64,000 nucleotides of DNA, taken from contig BDGG01000006.1 of NCBI GenBank assembly GCA_001949185.1, forward strand, positions 2,152,827 through 2,216,826, given 5' to 3'. The notes beneath the pieces were generated by a model. That model was not told the DNA's origin and made no database searches. It saw only the letters and a program-made list of their open reading frames with translations. How positions within the stretch are numbered: the first letter of the stretch is position 1; each line of letters starts with the position of its first letter. This document shows, one piece after another, positions 1 through 12,365 of this stretch. The DNA is from Ramazzottius varieornatus (Eukaryota; Animalia; Tardigrada). The position numbers and the translations under genes were made by a program.

Positions 1-419
1 GCGCTGGTTCATGGTGATTGTCAGTTGGCTCGAGGAAAAGTAAAACAAAGTACTGTATAAACAGCGACAAGAGATCTCGCGCAGATAATCCTTACGAAAT
101 TTCCCCATATGGGTGCTACGACCCACTTTGCAGGGTTTCTTTTGCGGAAGAGAGACTTTCCAGTTTGAATATCTTCCGTCGCTCTCCGATTTCTTCCAAA
201 AATATTTCCCCAAATAGCATATCCTCGCTCTATCGAACAAACATGGATTTTTGGCACAAAATCAAGAGATGAGGAAGAACGAAAATAATCCATTTGGTTG
301 CTACAGGAAAGTAGGCTGTGGTACCCACATGCAAACATTTCACAATAGACTTTTGCGAGTACAGCGAGCTGCTTTTAGATGCACCTGCCGTACCTGCTCG
401 AGACAAGGTTAGCTTTTTC

Positions 420-1550
420 TGTGCTTTCAAGAACCGCAAGCCTCACCAAGAGTTTCCAGTCTCCGGTGAATGTGGTATACTTTGACGATGGTACCGTTGG
501 TAGCAAGACTGGCCCTGTCTTGTCGGATTTGCAGGTGGTGATGAAAGAAGGGAAGAATCTGGGACTCGAACTGAGCCCAACCAAGTGTTAGCTGTTCGCG
601 TTTAGAGACTCGCTTCAAGAGCATCGAGCCAACGAAGACGCAGCAGCGACTGCGTGCCCTGATATCCTGTTCCCGTCCAAGAGTGGCCTGAGCCTTTTAG
701 GTGCACCGCTGATGGAAGAGGGTCGGGAGGAAGCCGTTCGCGCAAAAACAAGTAAGATCAAGCTGGTTCACTCAAACGAACTTGTTGTTTGCCCACCTGG
801 CCCTCTTCCTGCTGAAGAAATGTCTCTGCCTCCCGAAATCTCTCTACATTCTGCGGTGTTCTCCTGTCTGGAAGCTCCCGTGGGTATTGGAGGAGTTCGA
901 CGAGGTGGTTCGTGAACGTCTGGTGGAGGTAATCAACGTTTAACACTCATAATACCGGGGGTACAACTCGGTTTCGCAGCGCACGGTTACCTGACCGCAA
1001 ATCACTTCCTGTGCAGCTTTGGCAGTTCAGTGATTTTTTTTGCCTGTAGTGGCAAGTTCTCTATGACATGTAGCTGGTGACCGCTGGCTAAACACTACGT
1101 AGAGAATTAGAAATATTTTACAAGGTTCGAGGGCAAACTGCTCCCAACACATGTTCCAGGTCCTCCTTCACGCGCCAAGTGTTTCAACAACTGGGAAAAA
1201 ATTCAGAACAACTAATAATCACTTCTTTACAACATTATATCTCCAGCGTCCAACTAGCGGTTGTCCAGTGGTCAGACAAAAACTTGCAAGTTGCTCGTGG
1301 CTTTTCGACGTATGGCGCAGCCCATGACGTCACGAACGATACTACCACTGGTGGCGCCGCCAAGGTGGCAAGAAGCAAATTCAATTTTTCAGATTTCTAT
1401 TTTACGCATTGCCCTTTTACGCATTTTTCGCATTGCCCTGTCCCAGAAAGACTGAGCGAAGAACGATGATCGTTTGTGGCTCACAAGAGACGACCGGACG
1501 GCATTACGCCAGTTCCATGGAAGAACGGTAAGGTGCTCGTTTGGCAAGTC
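420..1550 (+). mobile_element. Decayed non-LTR retrotransposon, CRE/RLE-endonuclease type (RT fragment plus restriction-like endonuclease fragment)
   Basis: RT motif VYFDDGTVG followed by LGLELSPTKC* (stop at 589-591), then LSLLGAPL. After a frameshift comes HLALFLLKKCLCLPKSLYILRCSPVW. Further on, RRPDGITPVPWKNGKVLVW (~1488-1545) matches the RPDG...PW..GK.L.WD endonuclease motif of CRE-like elements. Interrupted by unrelated sequence at ~945-1445. Confidence 0.75.
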
Positions 1551-1862
1551 CAGATCTCTTCAGTTTTCAAGCAGCGAGCGTTAGTGGATATTCTTCGCGT
1601 CCGCACACCACCTTTTCTCCACCTTTATCCGGACGTATCACCTTTCGTTCCCCACCTTTGATTAATTAGAATTTAGAATCTCTGCGCACCACTTTTGCTC
1701 TTAAGAGATGCGTGCTGGCGGTTATGTACGTGGATAGGTTCTCCGGACACGCACCACTTTCGACTCAACCTGTAGTTCGGAGTATCCCAACAATAAACGT
1801 CTAGCAGTATTGGAAAAAGTTGTAGTAGCAGTTATGAATGCGATAGTAGCAGCGACAACGAT

Positions 1863-3345
1863 GTGTGCCGTCAAGAAGCCGAATTCCCTACGTATGAGCC
1901 TTTGAAAACAGCTCTTGCGGACTACCAGAAGCGAACGTTAACAACCTTCAACGTCAAAAGAAGTGTTTTGAAAGACACTCATTCGTTTCGCGACACCTTG
2001 CGCCATAAGCTCGTCCTGTTGCCTTGCAGCAGTAATACGGAATATGTAGCTCGAGGTGGGTCCTGAAATCGAAGACCACTGCGTGTTAAACTTTGTTATC
2101 CGTACACGCGCGATGGGTAAGTATGGGATAGGCGGAAAGCACGGCAAATTTACATCTTGAATGCGAGCCAGCAATGAAAATCGAGCCTATGACGTAACGC
2201 AGTGAAATTTAACCGTAGAAAATTGTCATCAATATTCAACAGTGCGCATCAGCCGATCAGCTGTTTGACTTTTGCGCTTGGAGTTCGAAGCTGCGGATTG
2301 TTTATTTACTTTCTTCCAGAAACGCTCTCCAATTCATATCGTTTCTGTTCCCATAAGGTCCCAGCCCTTCAAAAAACAAGCGGCCTCGACGGTAGAAAGC
2401 CTCGAAAGCCTTGAAAGACGGCGCTTTCTGCTATCCAGCACGTACGTACAGCAAAGCAGCCTTCAGTGTTGGTTTTTACTTTTAGTAAGAATCACCTGCC
2501 CGTGCCGCCGTAGCGGAAAGACCTGTCCCATACTTTTTACTGTCCCAAACTATCCCACCGTGCGTGTACATTTCATAGGTGAAGGAAAGCGACCTGTTAT
2601 TACCATGAGAGACCTGAAATGTTTTCGCGAAATCAATGTCGTGGCGCAGAAAAGAAACAAGTGCTTTCAAATCAACAAAATGGCGAAACTCTAGTGTCAC
2701 AATCATGTCTTGGCGAAAGAACTGTGTGACTTAAAATCCGAGGAACCGGATCCTGCCACCAAAAGCTCAAGTCCGAGTCGCGAAATTCCGGATGGAAGGC
2801 TTTCCAAGGCGAGCCATTGTAAAGGTTGTCCAAGAGCAGACGAGAAAACAACCGACTATAAAACACATCCATAACATCATCACCCGGTCTGATGTGGATC
2901 GAACAAAAGATTCAGCTAGTCGATGTGCGGCTTCCAGCGCTAAAGGCAAAAGATCCGGGACTGGAGGTCTTCATTAAGGAGGACGAGGCTGTGTTGGCTG
3001 GAATCTGTATAGCAACGTCGACGAGCAAGCAAGCCTTCACCCATACACCCGAAGTGCTCTCCTTCGACGCCACATCAAGGTTGACGTCGATAACTCCTGC
3101 CTAGTCAGTATGTTATGTCAGAACACCAACAGAACTGGGCAGCCTGTCTCCCTAAGTTTGCTGGCGACGTAAAAGCACGACAGTCCTCAGTTCTCCCGCG
3201 AGTCGTTCAAGAAAGTGCACACCAACTGGCCCAGAGCGAAGTGTATCTTACAGATAAGGGCTTGAACGGGATAGCTCTCATCCGTCAGAACTTCCCTAAC
3301 ATCCGAACCCTACTGTGTATCTTCCACGCCATACTACTGCTGCTA
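1863..3345 (+). mobile_element. Decayed Mutator (MULE) transposase
   Basis: Fragments in shifting frames: FAR1-like N-terminus EFPTYEPLKTALADYQKRT, HNHVLAKE (~2698), PEVLSFDATSRL (first catalytic D; cf. PEVLxxDATYK), and YLTDKG...IRQNFPNIRTLLCIFHAI (second D and CxxH motif). Contains stops and frameshifts. Repeated gcaccactt-like motifs at ~1600-1760 resemble subterminal repeats. Confidence 0.8.
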
Positions 3346-4049
3346 CGAACGTGAGGACATGGCAAATCAAACAAACAAAACTGACTGTGTGGGAGAAATC
3401 ACGGCAATCAAAAGCCTTGATCAAAGTCTCCGGTTCAGTCAGCTGTTTCAGGCATAACAGGTATCCCTTTGTGATACCGGGATTCTCACTGACTTTATAG
3501 TTCGTGTGATGGCTTCTGTGATATCCATAGCTATTTCTGTCATTAGATACTTTTCGCTTGTCAGATTTCTGAGCTGCATAGCACAGAATCACATGATTTT
3601 ATACTATGTCAATTTCGATGCACAAATCGGCTCGCTCGTCCGTATAAACACATGGCATAGGGAGCCGGAAATTCGTGAGTTCTGTGGGGTAGATTTCCCG
3701 CTTGCAGTCGGAAACGTGGTTACGCATCAGAATTTATCCTTTCCGAATATCCTTCCCTTGCTGCGCCTCCGTAACTCCCTTGGACTTCCGAGCTGACTTT
3801 TCTGGACTGGTCGTGCCTTGGGCATGTCGTTTCTCTTCCTCTTTGCGAAGAAGAGCCACTTCCTCTAGTAGTTGCTTTAGCTCGGGTCGATCAGTTTTCG
3901 TGATCGATGAACCATCGTTTCGTTTCTTGCAGAATGTTCGGAAACTTTCGCGCGAGAAGTCAGTTTTCGTGTCCATTCCCGAAAACACTGGTAATGTAAA
4001 AACCTGTCGACGAAAGACAAGTTGTGACATTTGTGTAACGCGAGACGGC

Positions 4050-4478
4050 GTTCGGTAAAACTTTCACCTTCTTCGTCAGGCGAACACTTGACCAGGCTCT
4101 GTCTCAGGCTCTGTTCTAGGAGTCCGACTCTTGCTCAGAAACATCCTATAAAGTCCTTTCCCTATCCACGGTGGTGCTATGGTCTGACGTCGGCACGTCT
4201 CGGGTCGCAATATGGGATGAAAAGAAAAGCGAAAGTCTGCATTTTTGCAGAGGTGCGCAAGGTAAACGGGATACAAACTTCCCTTAATTCTTGTCTTCCC
4301 CTTCTCTTTGTGAATGCCCGGTGATAGTTTAGACAGATACATCAAAGTCTCCTACAAGTTTTGCGATAGTTTGGGAGGGATCGATTTTGGCCAGCTCCTC
4401 CAGCAGGTTGTTATTCACTTTCAGTTTCCGTCTTCGGAAGGGATATCTTTCGAGTAAAACGTCTCTAGAAAGGAAACG
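4050..4478 (-). mobile_element. Decayed mariner-family transposase fragment
   Basis: Hand translation of the minus strand gives RFLSRDVLLERYPFRRRKLKVNNNLLEELAKIDPSQTIAKLVGDFDVSV*TITGHSQREGEDKN*GKFVSRL...DHSTTVDRERTL*D. This follows the mariner order: second HTH, GKWVPHEL linker, then IVTxDEKWxLYD. Three in-frame stops. Confidence 0.7.
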
Positions 4479-4828
4479 ATCTATCCAAAATTCCATGTAT
4501 TCTTGGCTAGCCTAGTCACTCCTACATAGTATACCGGTATCGGGTTTTTGTGTGCGAAGCATGGTAACCAAAACGATTTCTCAAATAACTCGAAATTTCC
4601 CTTCTCCCCGGCCCCAACAAAATTAATTATCCTTGACCAGCGAACTAGAAACATGGAACACTTGACCAATAGTAGATGGAGGAGAGTCTGTCAAGTGACC
4701 GGAAAGGAGGTCCAGGACAGCCTGACGAGGGAGAGCAAAAACACAAATTTTTGAAGTTGAAGGTTTCCAAAAGTTGCAAGTCATACTTCCGCACCTTGAT
4801 AACGTGTGGTTGTATCGGGTTTTGTTCA

Positions 4829-4921
4829 CACAGTGAGAAGCCCTACGTTTGCGGAATCTATAGCTGTGCTTACCGGGGTGCTCAACGCTCTTCACTATTT
4901 AAGCCCTCAGAAAGGTATTAA
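4829..4921 (+). pseudogene. Decayed C2H2 zinc-finger fragment
   Basis: HSEKPYVCGIYSCAYRGAQRSSLFKPSERY has an HTGEKPY-like linker and CxxxxC. The two expected His positions are CCC and TAT, each one substitution from a His codon. Confidence 0.45.
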
Positions 4922-4979
4922 TATCTACCACCCGAAGATAACACTTGGGAGGCAAACGAAGCATACAAGACTACTCTCC

Positions 4980-5106
4980 TAAGTGGTGCATGCTGACAGG
5001 CAAACAACCATGGAATTATGCGCCACTTGAGAAAAAAACTCGATAAGATTGTTTATCAAGTGGCGCATTTTTCCAGTGTCAATGCTGAAAGTGAGCGCCA
5101 CTTGGC
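4980..5106. repeat. Double-hairpin repeat family copy (aagtggcgca...tgcgccactt x2)
   Basis: aagtggtgca..tgcgccactt..aagtggcgca..gcgccactt with ~26-30 nt spacers. Same architecture as 19453-19658 and 25743-25863. Confidence 0.6.
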
Positions 5107-7477
5107 AAAACGATCTACGTGAGTCATTTTGATTTTATTTCATTTCATTTTCATCATTTCCTTTTTTTAATTTTGCCGACCTCTGGCTTGTACTGCGTCC
5201 GTAAATATAGAGCGCAGTTTAACACTATGTACAGTAGTTGTGAAGTTCTTGAATCCGACGTCGTTGAAGGTTACAGTGACGCAGTTGGATATCAGAAGAT
5301 CACAGCGGATGCCGAGCAGCCCGTTGTTGATTCACTTGCTGAGGGTAAAGCTAGTAAAAGACGCACAGGCTATAGAGATGCACGGACGATGGAACTAACT
5401 ATTAGATTCAAACGCGACGGAAAACGAATTCGAATTCCATATGCCGAAACTTTTCTCGTGTCGGATCGTCTGACGAAGAAAAGGTGCGCCGGTTGCATGT
5501 ACCTTTCCCGGCTGTGAATTTACTGCCGAAAAGAGAATGCGTTTGGAAATCCACTACTGCAAACACGGTAACCTCAACAGTTTGCTGGGTATCCAAGAGT
5601 CAAGTTTGGTTATGATCCTTTTTCGCCAGTGTCGATGGATCAACGACACCATTTTCGTTGTGAGGTCGAAGGATGTGATGAGAAGTACTATACTGTGGAT
5701 TTACCAAAGAAGCACGTCAGTCGTGTCCATCCCGGGGTCGGTAAGTGAATCCAGGGGTAATGCCATTGGTTCTAAGTGAACCTGATGAAAAGCCGTTTTC
5801 GCAGTTGTCTGGTCTTCGTTCATGGACGATTACACTAAGCGTTGCTCTTTTACGGGTTGTGCCGCTCGTTCCAAAGATAACAAGCAGCTTGCAAGGCATA
5901 AACATCGTCACGGTATGTGTATGGGCCATCATACAAGCTGTTGATTGTTCGATTAGGTCATACAGGGTTTATTCTAGGTGGCAAAAGGTATATTTGCGGA
6001 CTTTCCGGATGCGCGTATCGGTTTGTGGAAAACCACGAACTCAGAAGCCATGTAGTCAGTTCTCACCCGGACCAATGCAAGCTGGCCTGCTGAATTCTTT
6101 GCTCTGAATACAGTGTGATATGATACACAGTAAATATGAATCTTTTCTGGGCTTCACGCAGATTACGAGGATACGGTGACAGGCTCGCTCGGGCTGTTAA
6201 AGTCTGCCGAACAAGAAGAACTGGAAATTGAACGCCGTAAATTTAAAGCTGCGACTGTACTGCACTGTAGCAGTGCCGCCAGCTGTGAAATCACCTGTTC
6301 GGATCAGTTGCTGTTGGAAGCGCATCAAAGCACTGCCCATCGTCTACATTTCGAGAAAGACGCGGTGAAAACGATGTGCACTTCCATCGCGCCGGCGCAA
6401 AAGTTCATGGTATCCGCTTCTCCACAAGCTGTGCCGTCTAGTAAACTTGCACCGGAAGACTCCACCATGTGCACACCGGAACCCGTTCCAACAATTGAAA
6501 AGCTCGAGAACCTCCTCGCGCTAAGAACGGTAGTTGCGGGTTCGGTCGTGGGTGTTCTCGCACTGAAGACGACTTCCCCGACCAGCACTGAAGTGAAAGA
6601 ACTGGTTGCTGACTTTTTGGGAGGATGCATTACACAGCATCGAAAGTATTACCCAGCAGACCACAAGACGTGTTGGTTTTCTGGATAGCAACGATAGAGG
6701 TATCTCGTGATGATTATCGAGACACTGAGTCCTTCGCAGTGTCAAGTATCCCTTTCGAAACGTATCTCACGGACGGCGAATGGGATATGGAAGCCGACGA
6801 GACGCCTGAGTTCGACACTGTCAGTGAGGAACTGGACAATCTGTGGAGATGGTGTTGACCGTCGTTGACTTTGTATCTGAACTTGGACGAACGGCTGATG
6901 ACTACGAACCGTTGCCCGATGCCCGATGCCCAAGACTGTCTAAAAGTGGAGGAGGATTCCGCGGTGGTCAGTGATGAAGGAGGGAATGCAGTGATCCCAC
7001 GAAAAATGAAAGTGTTAGCTGTAGGATCTTGCGACATTCCGACTGTGACGGGGCAGAAACAGTTAAAACGTCCGGTTTCGTTTTCGGTCGGTTCACATGT
7101 TCATGCAGATGCTCGCCATGCTATGTGCACGATACCGATCAGCTGTTCGGACACACGCTTGATTGCTTGCTCAAATCACGGGGGAACAGGGCGTCGATCA
7201 CTTAATCGTTCTGAGCAATGAACGGTAAGTAACCCCGTGAAATTGCTGTTCGGTTGCTAAAAAGCAATTGTCACACCTCGCCGGTAGAACTGTATTCTTC
7301 AAATTGTTCAGGAACCGACTTTTTCTGGAGGAGTGTCAGTCGTACTCTTGAAACCGCTTATGTAGTTATCAAGAAGATGCCTTGAAGTATCAAATGCTGG
7401 AAACATTCGATAAACGAACGAACGGCGATATCTTGGCGAAAATTTTCATGTAGGGAAGAAAACTGGAAAAATCTTTT

Positions 7478-8183
7478 GGTTATATCTATAGTTACACCCC
7501 TTGCACCCCATTTCGCTATGGTCACACCCTGAGTGTGAAATTTAATACGATCGGCTATAGTTACTCCTCGAACTTTTCACCCCAAAGCGTTATAGTTACA
7601 CCTCCGGCTTTTGAAACTTACAATAGCCGTTGCGTATCCAACATACAGGAAAACGTACAAGACAAGGAAGTGGTTTTCAAATGGTAGTTTGAGTAGCCGC
7701 TTGTGTTACTCGAAGTGACTTGACGTCATCCTATTCCGCAGCCTCAACCGCCTGCCAGAGTTGTACCCCGGAGCACAACAACAACCGGCGGAAAGCGATA
7801 CCAGCGGCCTTCACGCCCTCGTTAACTTAACCGACCTTGTCTTTGGAGGAAAGCCCAGTGAGGTTCGCTTCGCTGGACCGAAAATGCGAAAGCATATCAA
7901 GAACTGTTTAGCTGCGAGCGCGACGTCTGTTTTTCCAGAGAGTGGCGGTATTGCCATCAAAAATGTTGCCCCTGTGTCGTTTACCATAAAAAAACACCTT
8001 GGCTCCTCCTCTGTCGTACATTTCGGTTGTGAAAGCGCAGGGTGTAACTTTAGCCTAATCCGCGGTAGGGTGTATCAAAGTCCAATTGACCTGGGTAACT
8101 CTAGCGGATCGTATTCAAATTTCACACCCTGGGGTGTGGCTATTGCGAAATGGGGTGTAAGGGTGTGACTACAGCCATTTCCC
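7478..8183. mobile_element. Non-autonomous TIR DNA transposon carrying a Ulp1/C48-protease-like fragment
   Basis: Imperfect terminal inverted repeats of ~90+ bp (7478-~7570 vs ~8090-8183). Flush 8-bp direct repeat aatctttt at 7470-7477 and 8184-8191 (TSD). Internal frame QQQPAESDTSGLHALVNLTDLVFGGKPSEVRFAGPKMRKHIKNCL...FP resembles the C-terminal half of transposon-borne Ulp1 proteases. Confidence 0.8.
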
Positions 8184-8869
8184 AATCTTTTTCTACATAA
8201 ACTTTTTATGCATGGTTTGCAGTACAGGCCGAATCAGCTGTTTCCGCCGCGCAGCTATCTGTCCCTTATGACTCACCGAAAACTTTACATTGTTCACGAA
8301 AGTGCCCACAAGCCAGTTTTTCTTCCCCAAATGGTGCGGTGATGAGCTGCTTTGCGGACAATGGACAAAGGTTCGTTACCGTGTCGTTTGGTGTCAACTT
8401 TTATCTTTCTTCATGAGCTTTATATGCCCACATTCTTAGAGGGGTGAAAGTCGGCGTGTCCGAGGAGCGCCAAATATAGCAAAAACCAGCGTCGCATGAA
8501 AAACTGACTAAAGGTTCGCGGCTCCACGCGCAGTATGCTGAGGTTTTAGCCACATTTTCCTATAGGGAAAAACTGCACATTCGCCGCATTCGTCACATAG
8601 GATTGGAATTTTTGCACCATTAGAAAACGATTGTATTGATAGTTCTCAGATCCATCTGCCGTGATGAAGAGACGCGAAGCTCTACGGAAAATAACCATTC
8701 TTCACATTTTGTGCACTGCAAGACCAGCGAACGAACGCATAGCGTTTGTGGAGATTCCACTTTGAAAAGGACCAAAATGCCGAAAGCTGACCTTCCCCTC
8801 GTGATAGAGACTATGGTGATGTCGTGTGAAGGTTGAAAGTCGCTCTGCGGACAGCGTACCCTTTGCCGC

Positions 8870-9202
8870 CGGGGTTCGGTGTGGTGCAGTGAAACATTTT
8901 CACCATCCTTCACAGAGTCAGTGAAAATTTTTTCACCGCGGTGAAGGATGATGAAGAACGGGGAAGAACGGTGAAGAACGATGAAAGCCTTGAAAGTGTA
9001 GCATTGATTGATTTACATGTTTGTCACAATAGTCCGCGCGGGCATACAAAACTCGTGTTGAGTCAGTAAGTCAACCAATGGTACTCTTTCAGTGCTTTCA
9101 CCGTTCTTCACCGTTTTTCGCCATCCTTTACCGCGGTGAAAAAATGTTCACTGACTCGGTGAAGGATGATAAAAATGTTTCAATGCACCATACCGAACCT
9201 TC
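8870..9202. mobile_element. MITE / foldback element with ~140-bp inverted arms
   Basis: ggttcggtgtggtgcagtgaaacattttcaccatccttcacagagtcagtgaaa... (from 8873) is the reverse complement, with mismatches, of ...ttcactgactcggtgaaggatgataaaaatgtttcaatgcaccataccgaacc (to 9199). Possible degenerate 8-bp TSD tttgccgc / cctaccgc. Confidence 0.85.
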
Positions 9203-9306
9203 CCTACCGCATCGCAACGATTATTGTTGTTCGTTCGAATTCACGATTACAACCCGAAGGCTTATTGGTCAGATATCAGAATTTCCAAATATTGTGCACT
9301 GAAAAT

Positions 9307-12300
9307 TCAGAGTATTATCGTATCGACCATTTCACCGGCAGATATTGTAGCCTCGCTGTCCCTTTTCGCAGGCAAACACAGCAAAACATGCGCTCCACTA
9401 ATACTCAACAACCGGCTACTTATCTGGTTTCCCGTACTCGCCACCACCGGCCAGTTCTTTCCCGAGTTCCATTCAATCACCCCCCGATGATACTCCGGTC
9501 GCGGATCCAGATTGATCCTTTCCTTCAGTTCAGCCTTCACCACTGTGTACATGTAGTCCGTGAACCCTGCCATTTTTCTCAAACAAGGCAACACGAACAA
9601 GTTACACGTCACCGTGGCCGACACAGGATTCCCTGGCAGACCGAACACCAGTTTTTTCTTTCCGTTGAAATCCACCGTGGCGAAGGTCGTAGGCAAGCCT
9701 GGCTTCATGAACACCCTTCCGAAGTGAATGGTCCCACCAAAGACACTGACTAAGATACTCTTCACCAAGTCTTTCTCACCCATCGAGACACCGCCCGTCA
9801 ATATCACCACATCACAATTTTCCAAAGCGTTCTCTAATGCTGAAGTAAGAGCATTGGCGTCGTCTTTTGCAATGCCGAGGTCCGTGACGCTAAAGCCGTT
9901 CTTTTTTAGTGTCATCGTAAGGACCGTTTTGTTCGAGTCGCGGATTTTACCGTGTGGAAGTGGGCTGGTTTCGGGAACCACGATCTCGTCGCCTGTGGAC
10001 AGCAAGCCCACGACGGGGTGGGCGAAGACTTTCATTTGTGTGATGCCGCAAGTAGCCAGGACGCCCAAACAAGCTGGGTTTATCTTGGTGCCTTTTGAGG
10101 CGACGACGGAACCGGGTTGGATGTCGCTGCCGATGGGACGAATGTCTTGGTTGGGCTTGGGAGCTTTCAGGATCCGGATGATGAGTTCTTCCCCCGTCTG
10201 AAAGCAAAGAATGATACGGACTTCAGGTTTGGCTTTTCCATCACGAGAACCAGCAGCAACCACCAATCATGAGAAATGATGCAGTATTTGAAAACGAAAA
10301 ACAATAAAGAAGACACTGTGCGACGTAGGCAAATGGCGCCGCCTAATTGACACAAAGTTTCATCGTTCCTCACTCGTCAGTCTGCTGCAATCACACAACT
10401 CGAGATATACCGTTCGACAGATAAAACATTCAAGTATCGAACGAGCAGTTTCGAAACGCAAATTCGATCACGTGAATTTGTAAGATTTAATTTGGCAGAA
10501 GGGGTCCACTCTGCGTACTTCTAGCCTTTCTGCTCCGTAAATTTTGGGTATCTCCTTAAGGACTTAGTTTTATACCTTCCGAACACATACTAGGTCTTAG
10601 ACCAAAGTGTCTTCTACCCTTCGCAACAAACGATAGCCCAAATCAGTTTGATAGCAGAGAAGGGGAATTTGTTTCACAATAACGGTGTATCTTTTCATAT
10701 CAAAAATATTCTCGGTCAGCAGAATGGTTATTTTCCTATTTTCACTTTCAACTAGTCGAGCCACAACTTTGGATGGTTTTCGATTATACAACTGTCTGCA
10801 TTGTTACCTACGATAGACAAGCTTTGTTTCTGCGTTACTATCATGAGGGAGTTTAGGTTTAGTTGGTAACCGTAACAGTTTGCCAGCTGAAAGCATGGTT
10901 TCCGGTTTGTCAAAATGTTACACCGTTGGAAAGACTTATCGCTTTCGCTTGTAAAAACGGAAGTCCTTCTTGAGTGCTGGATTTAATGGGAGGGTGTGAA
11001 AAGTTTGTGTCAATTAGGCGGCGGCACCCAGTATTTGAGCGAAGAATCTATTAACCCACCTGTTGATCATGTGAAACCAGTTCGGTGTCTTCCACCTGGA
11101 CCACCGCATCGGCACCATCGGGAACCGGAGCTCCCGTCGTGATGCGGACACAAGTGTCTCTTTCTAGTTTTGTTTCACTTTCCGATCCAGCATGGCTCTG
11201 TCCAAGGACTCGTCTCTCACCTTCTCCGTCTGCCGATTTTACCGCGTAGCCATCTTTAATCGATGCTCGAAAGGGTGGTAGAGCGTCGACTGCCCTTACA
11301 TCTTCAGCCAAGATTCTATCCAACCCTGAAACAGAAAACCAAGGTCATATTCCGTCAATTTTTATTCTCTAATATTTTTCAGTCCTTCAAGTAGCTGATA
11401 AAGCCAGAACGACAGGAAAATCTTGTCGAGTTCGTTTGGCGAGCTCCCAGACAACAATGGCTTAGCACATGAGCTCAGTTTGAATTTGCGCGGGTGTAAC
11501 ATATACCTTCTGCAAGCTTGATCGTTCCTACACGAGTAGTACTAAGACTCTCGACTTGTTCGAAGGTCATACGCTGTGCTTCTTGGACAGGAGTGACAGG
11601 GAAAGGCGACTTCCGGTGGCGAAAAGCGACACCAGGTTGTGCCTGCGGAAAATTCTTTAACGCATCACCGGCTCCGTGTCCTGTTGAATCACCCCCGCAA
11701 GAGCATGAAGGAGGTTTCTCGTGATGGGCTTTCGCGATCTTTGTCACGCTGTTGCGAAGAAGATCGATGATGTGGCTAATTTTGGGCTCGATGATAGCAA
11801 AGCATTCGCTGCACGCTTTCGGACTGCCTGGAAAATTCACGATGAGGGTGTTCTTTCGTGTTCCACATAGTCCACGGGACATGATGGAGTTTGGGTAAGT
11901 CTGCTGGTTAATTGCCGCCATCATACCGTGTGCCTGACGATCGAGGATCGGACCAACAGCCTGTAAGAAGACAAATGGTACAGCGAGGCGAGCTTCGGCA
12001 GAGATTACCATACTCACGCAGTCACCTGACCATTATAATATTTACGCCGTTGAAAAGACCTCGCGTCCGCGCCACCTGAATGAGTACAGAGACGAACGTA
12101 CCTCCGGTGTGCAATCCCGAACGCCGAAGCCCGTTCCACCGCTGGTAATCAGTAAATCCACACCAATGGTATCCGTGAATTTAAGCACAGCTGCTGTGAT
12201 TTTTTCCCGATCATCTTCAACGCATTCAACGGGCAGAATGTCCGTGGTGAATTTTTTAGTGGAACGGAGAAGTTGGGCTAGGCATGGACCACTTTCATCC

Positions 12301-12365
12301 ACGGCTTCCCTGCGATAACAGCGATCACTAACGACCAAGATCCCACATCGTACCCACGCGGACAT
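9307..12365 (-). CDS. GPHN: Gephyrin / molybdenum cofactor synthesis protein (MogA-like G domain + MoeA-like E domain), ~624 aa
   Basis: Exons 12365-12102, 11960-11507, 11325-11060 and 10197-9307. All introns GT-AG and phase-consistent (1875 nt). G-domain motifs VVSDRC, ITSGGTGFGVRDCTPEA and NFPGSPKA. E-domain motifs LPPFRASIKDGYAV, ITTGAPVPDGADAVVQVEDT, LSTGDE, TGGVSMGEKD, MKPGLPT, GLPGNPVSA, LDPRPEYHR and TGNQISSRL. Confidence 0.96.
10337..11023. mobile_element. Inverted-repeat-bounded insertion in gephyrin intron 3
   Basis: Perfect 20-bp inverted repeat cgccgcctaattgacacaaa (10337-10356) / tttgtgtcaattaggcggcg (11004-11023). This intron is 862 nt, versus 141 and 181 nt for the other two. 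Confidence 0.6.

Noticed and set aside
5119-7221. ORFs of 107-170 aa as intact genes
   Set aside because: No coherent splice model or recognisable domain, and embedded in transposon debris.
9166-10207. Long ORFs overlapping gephyrin exon 4 (9166-9753, 9728-10201, 9947-10207)
   Set aside because: Antisense or alternate-frame shadows of a real exon. The same applies to ORFs over SELENBP1, legumain and Toll.
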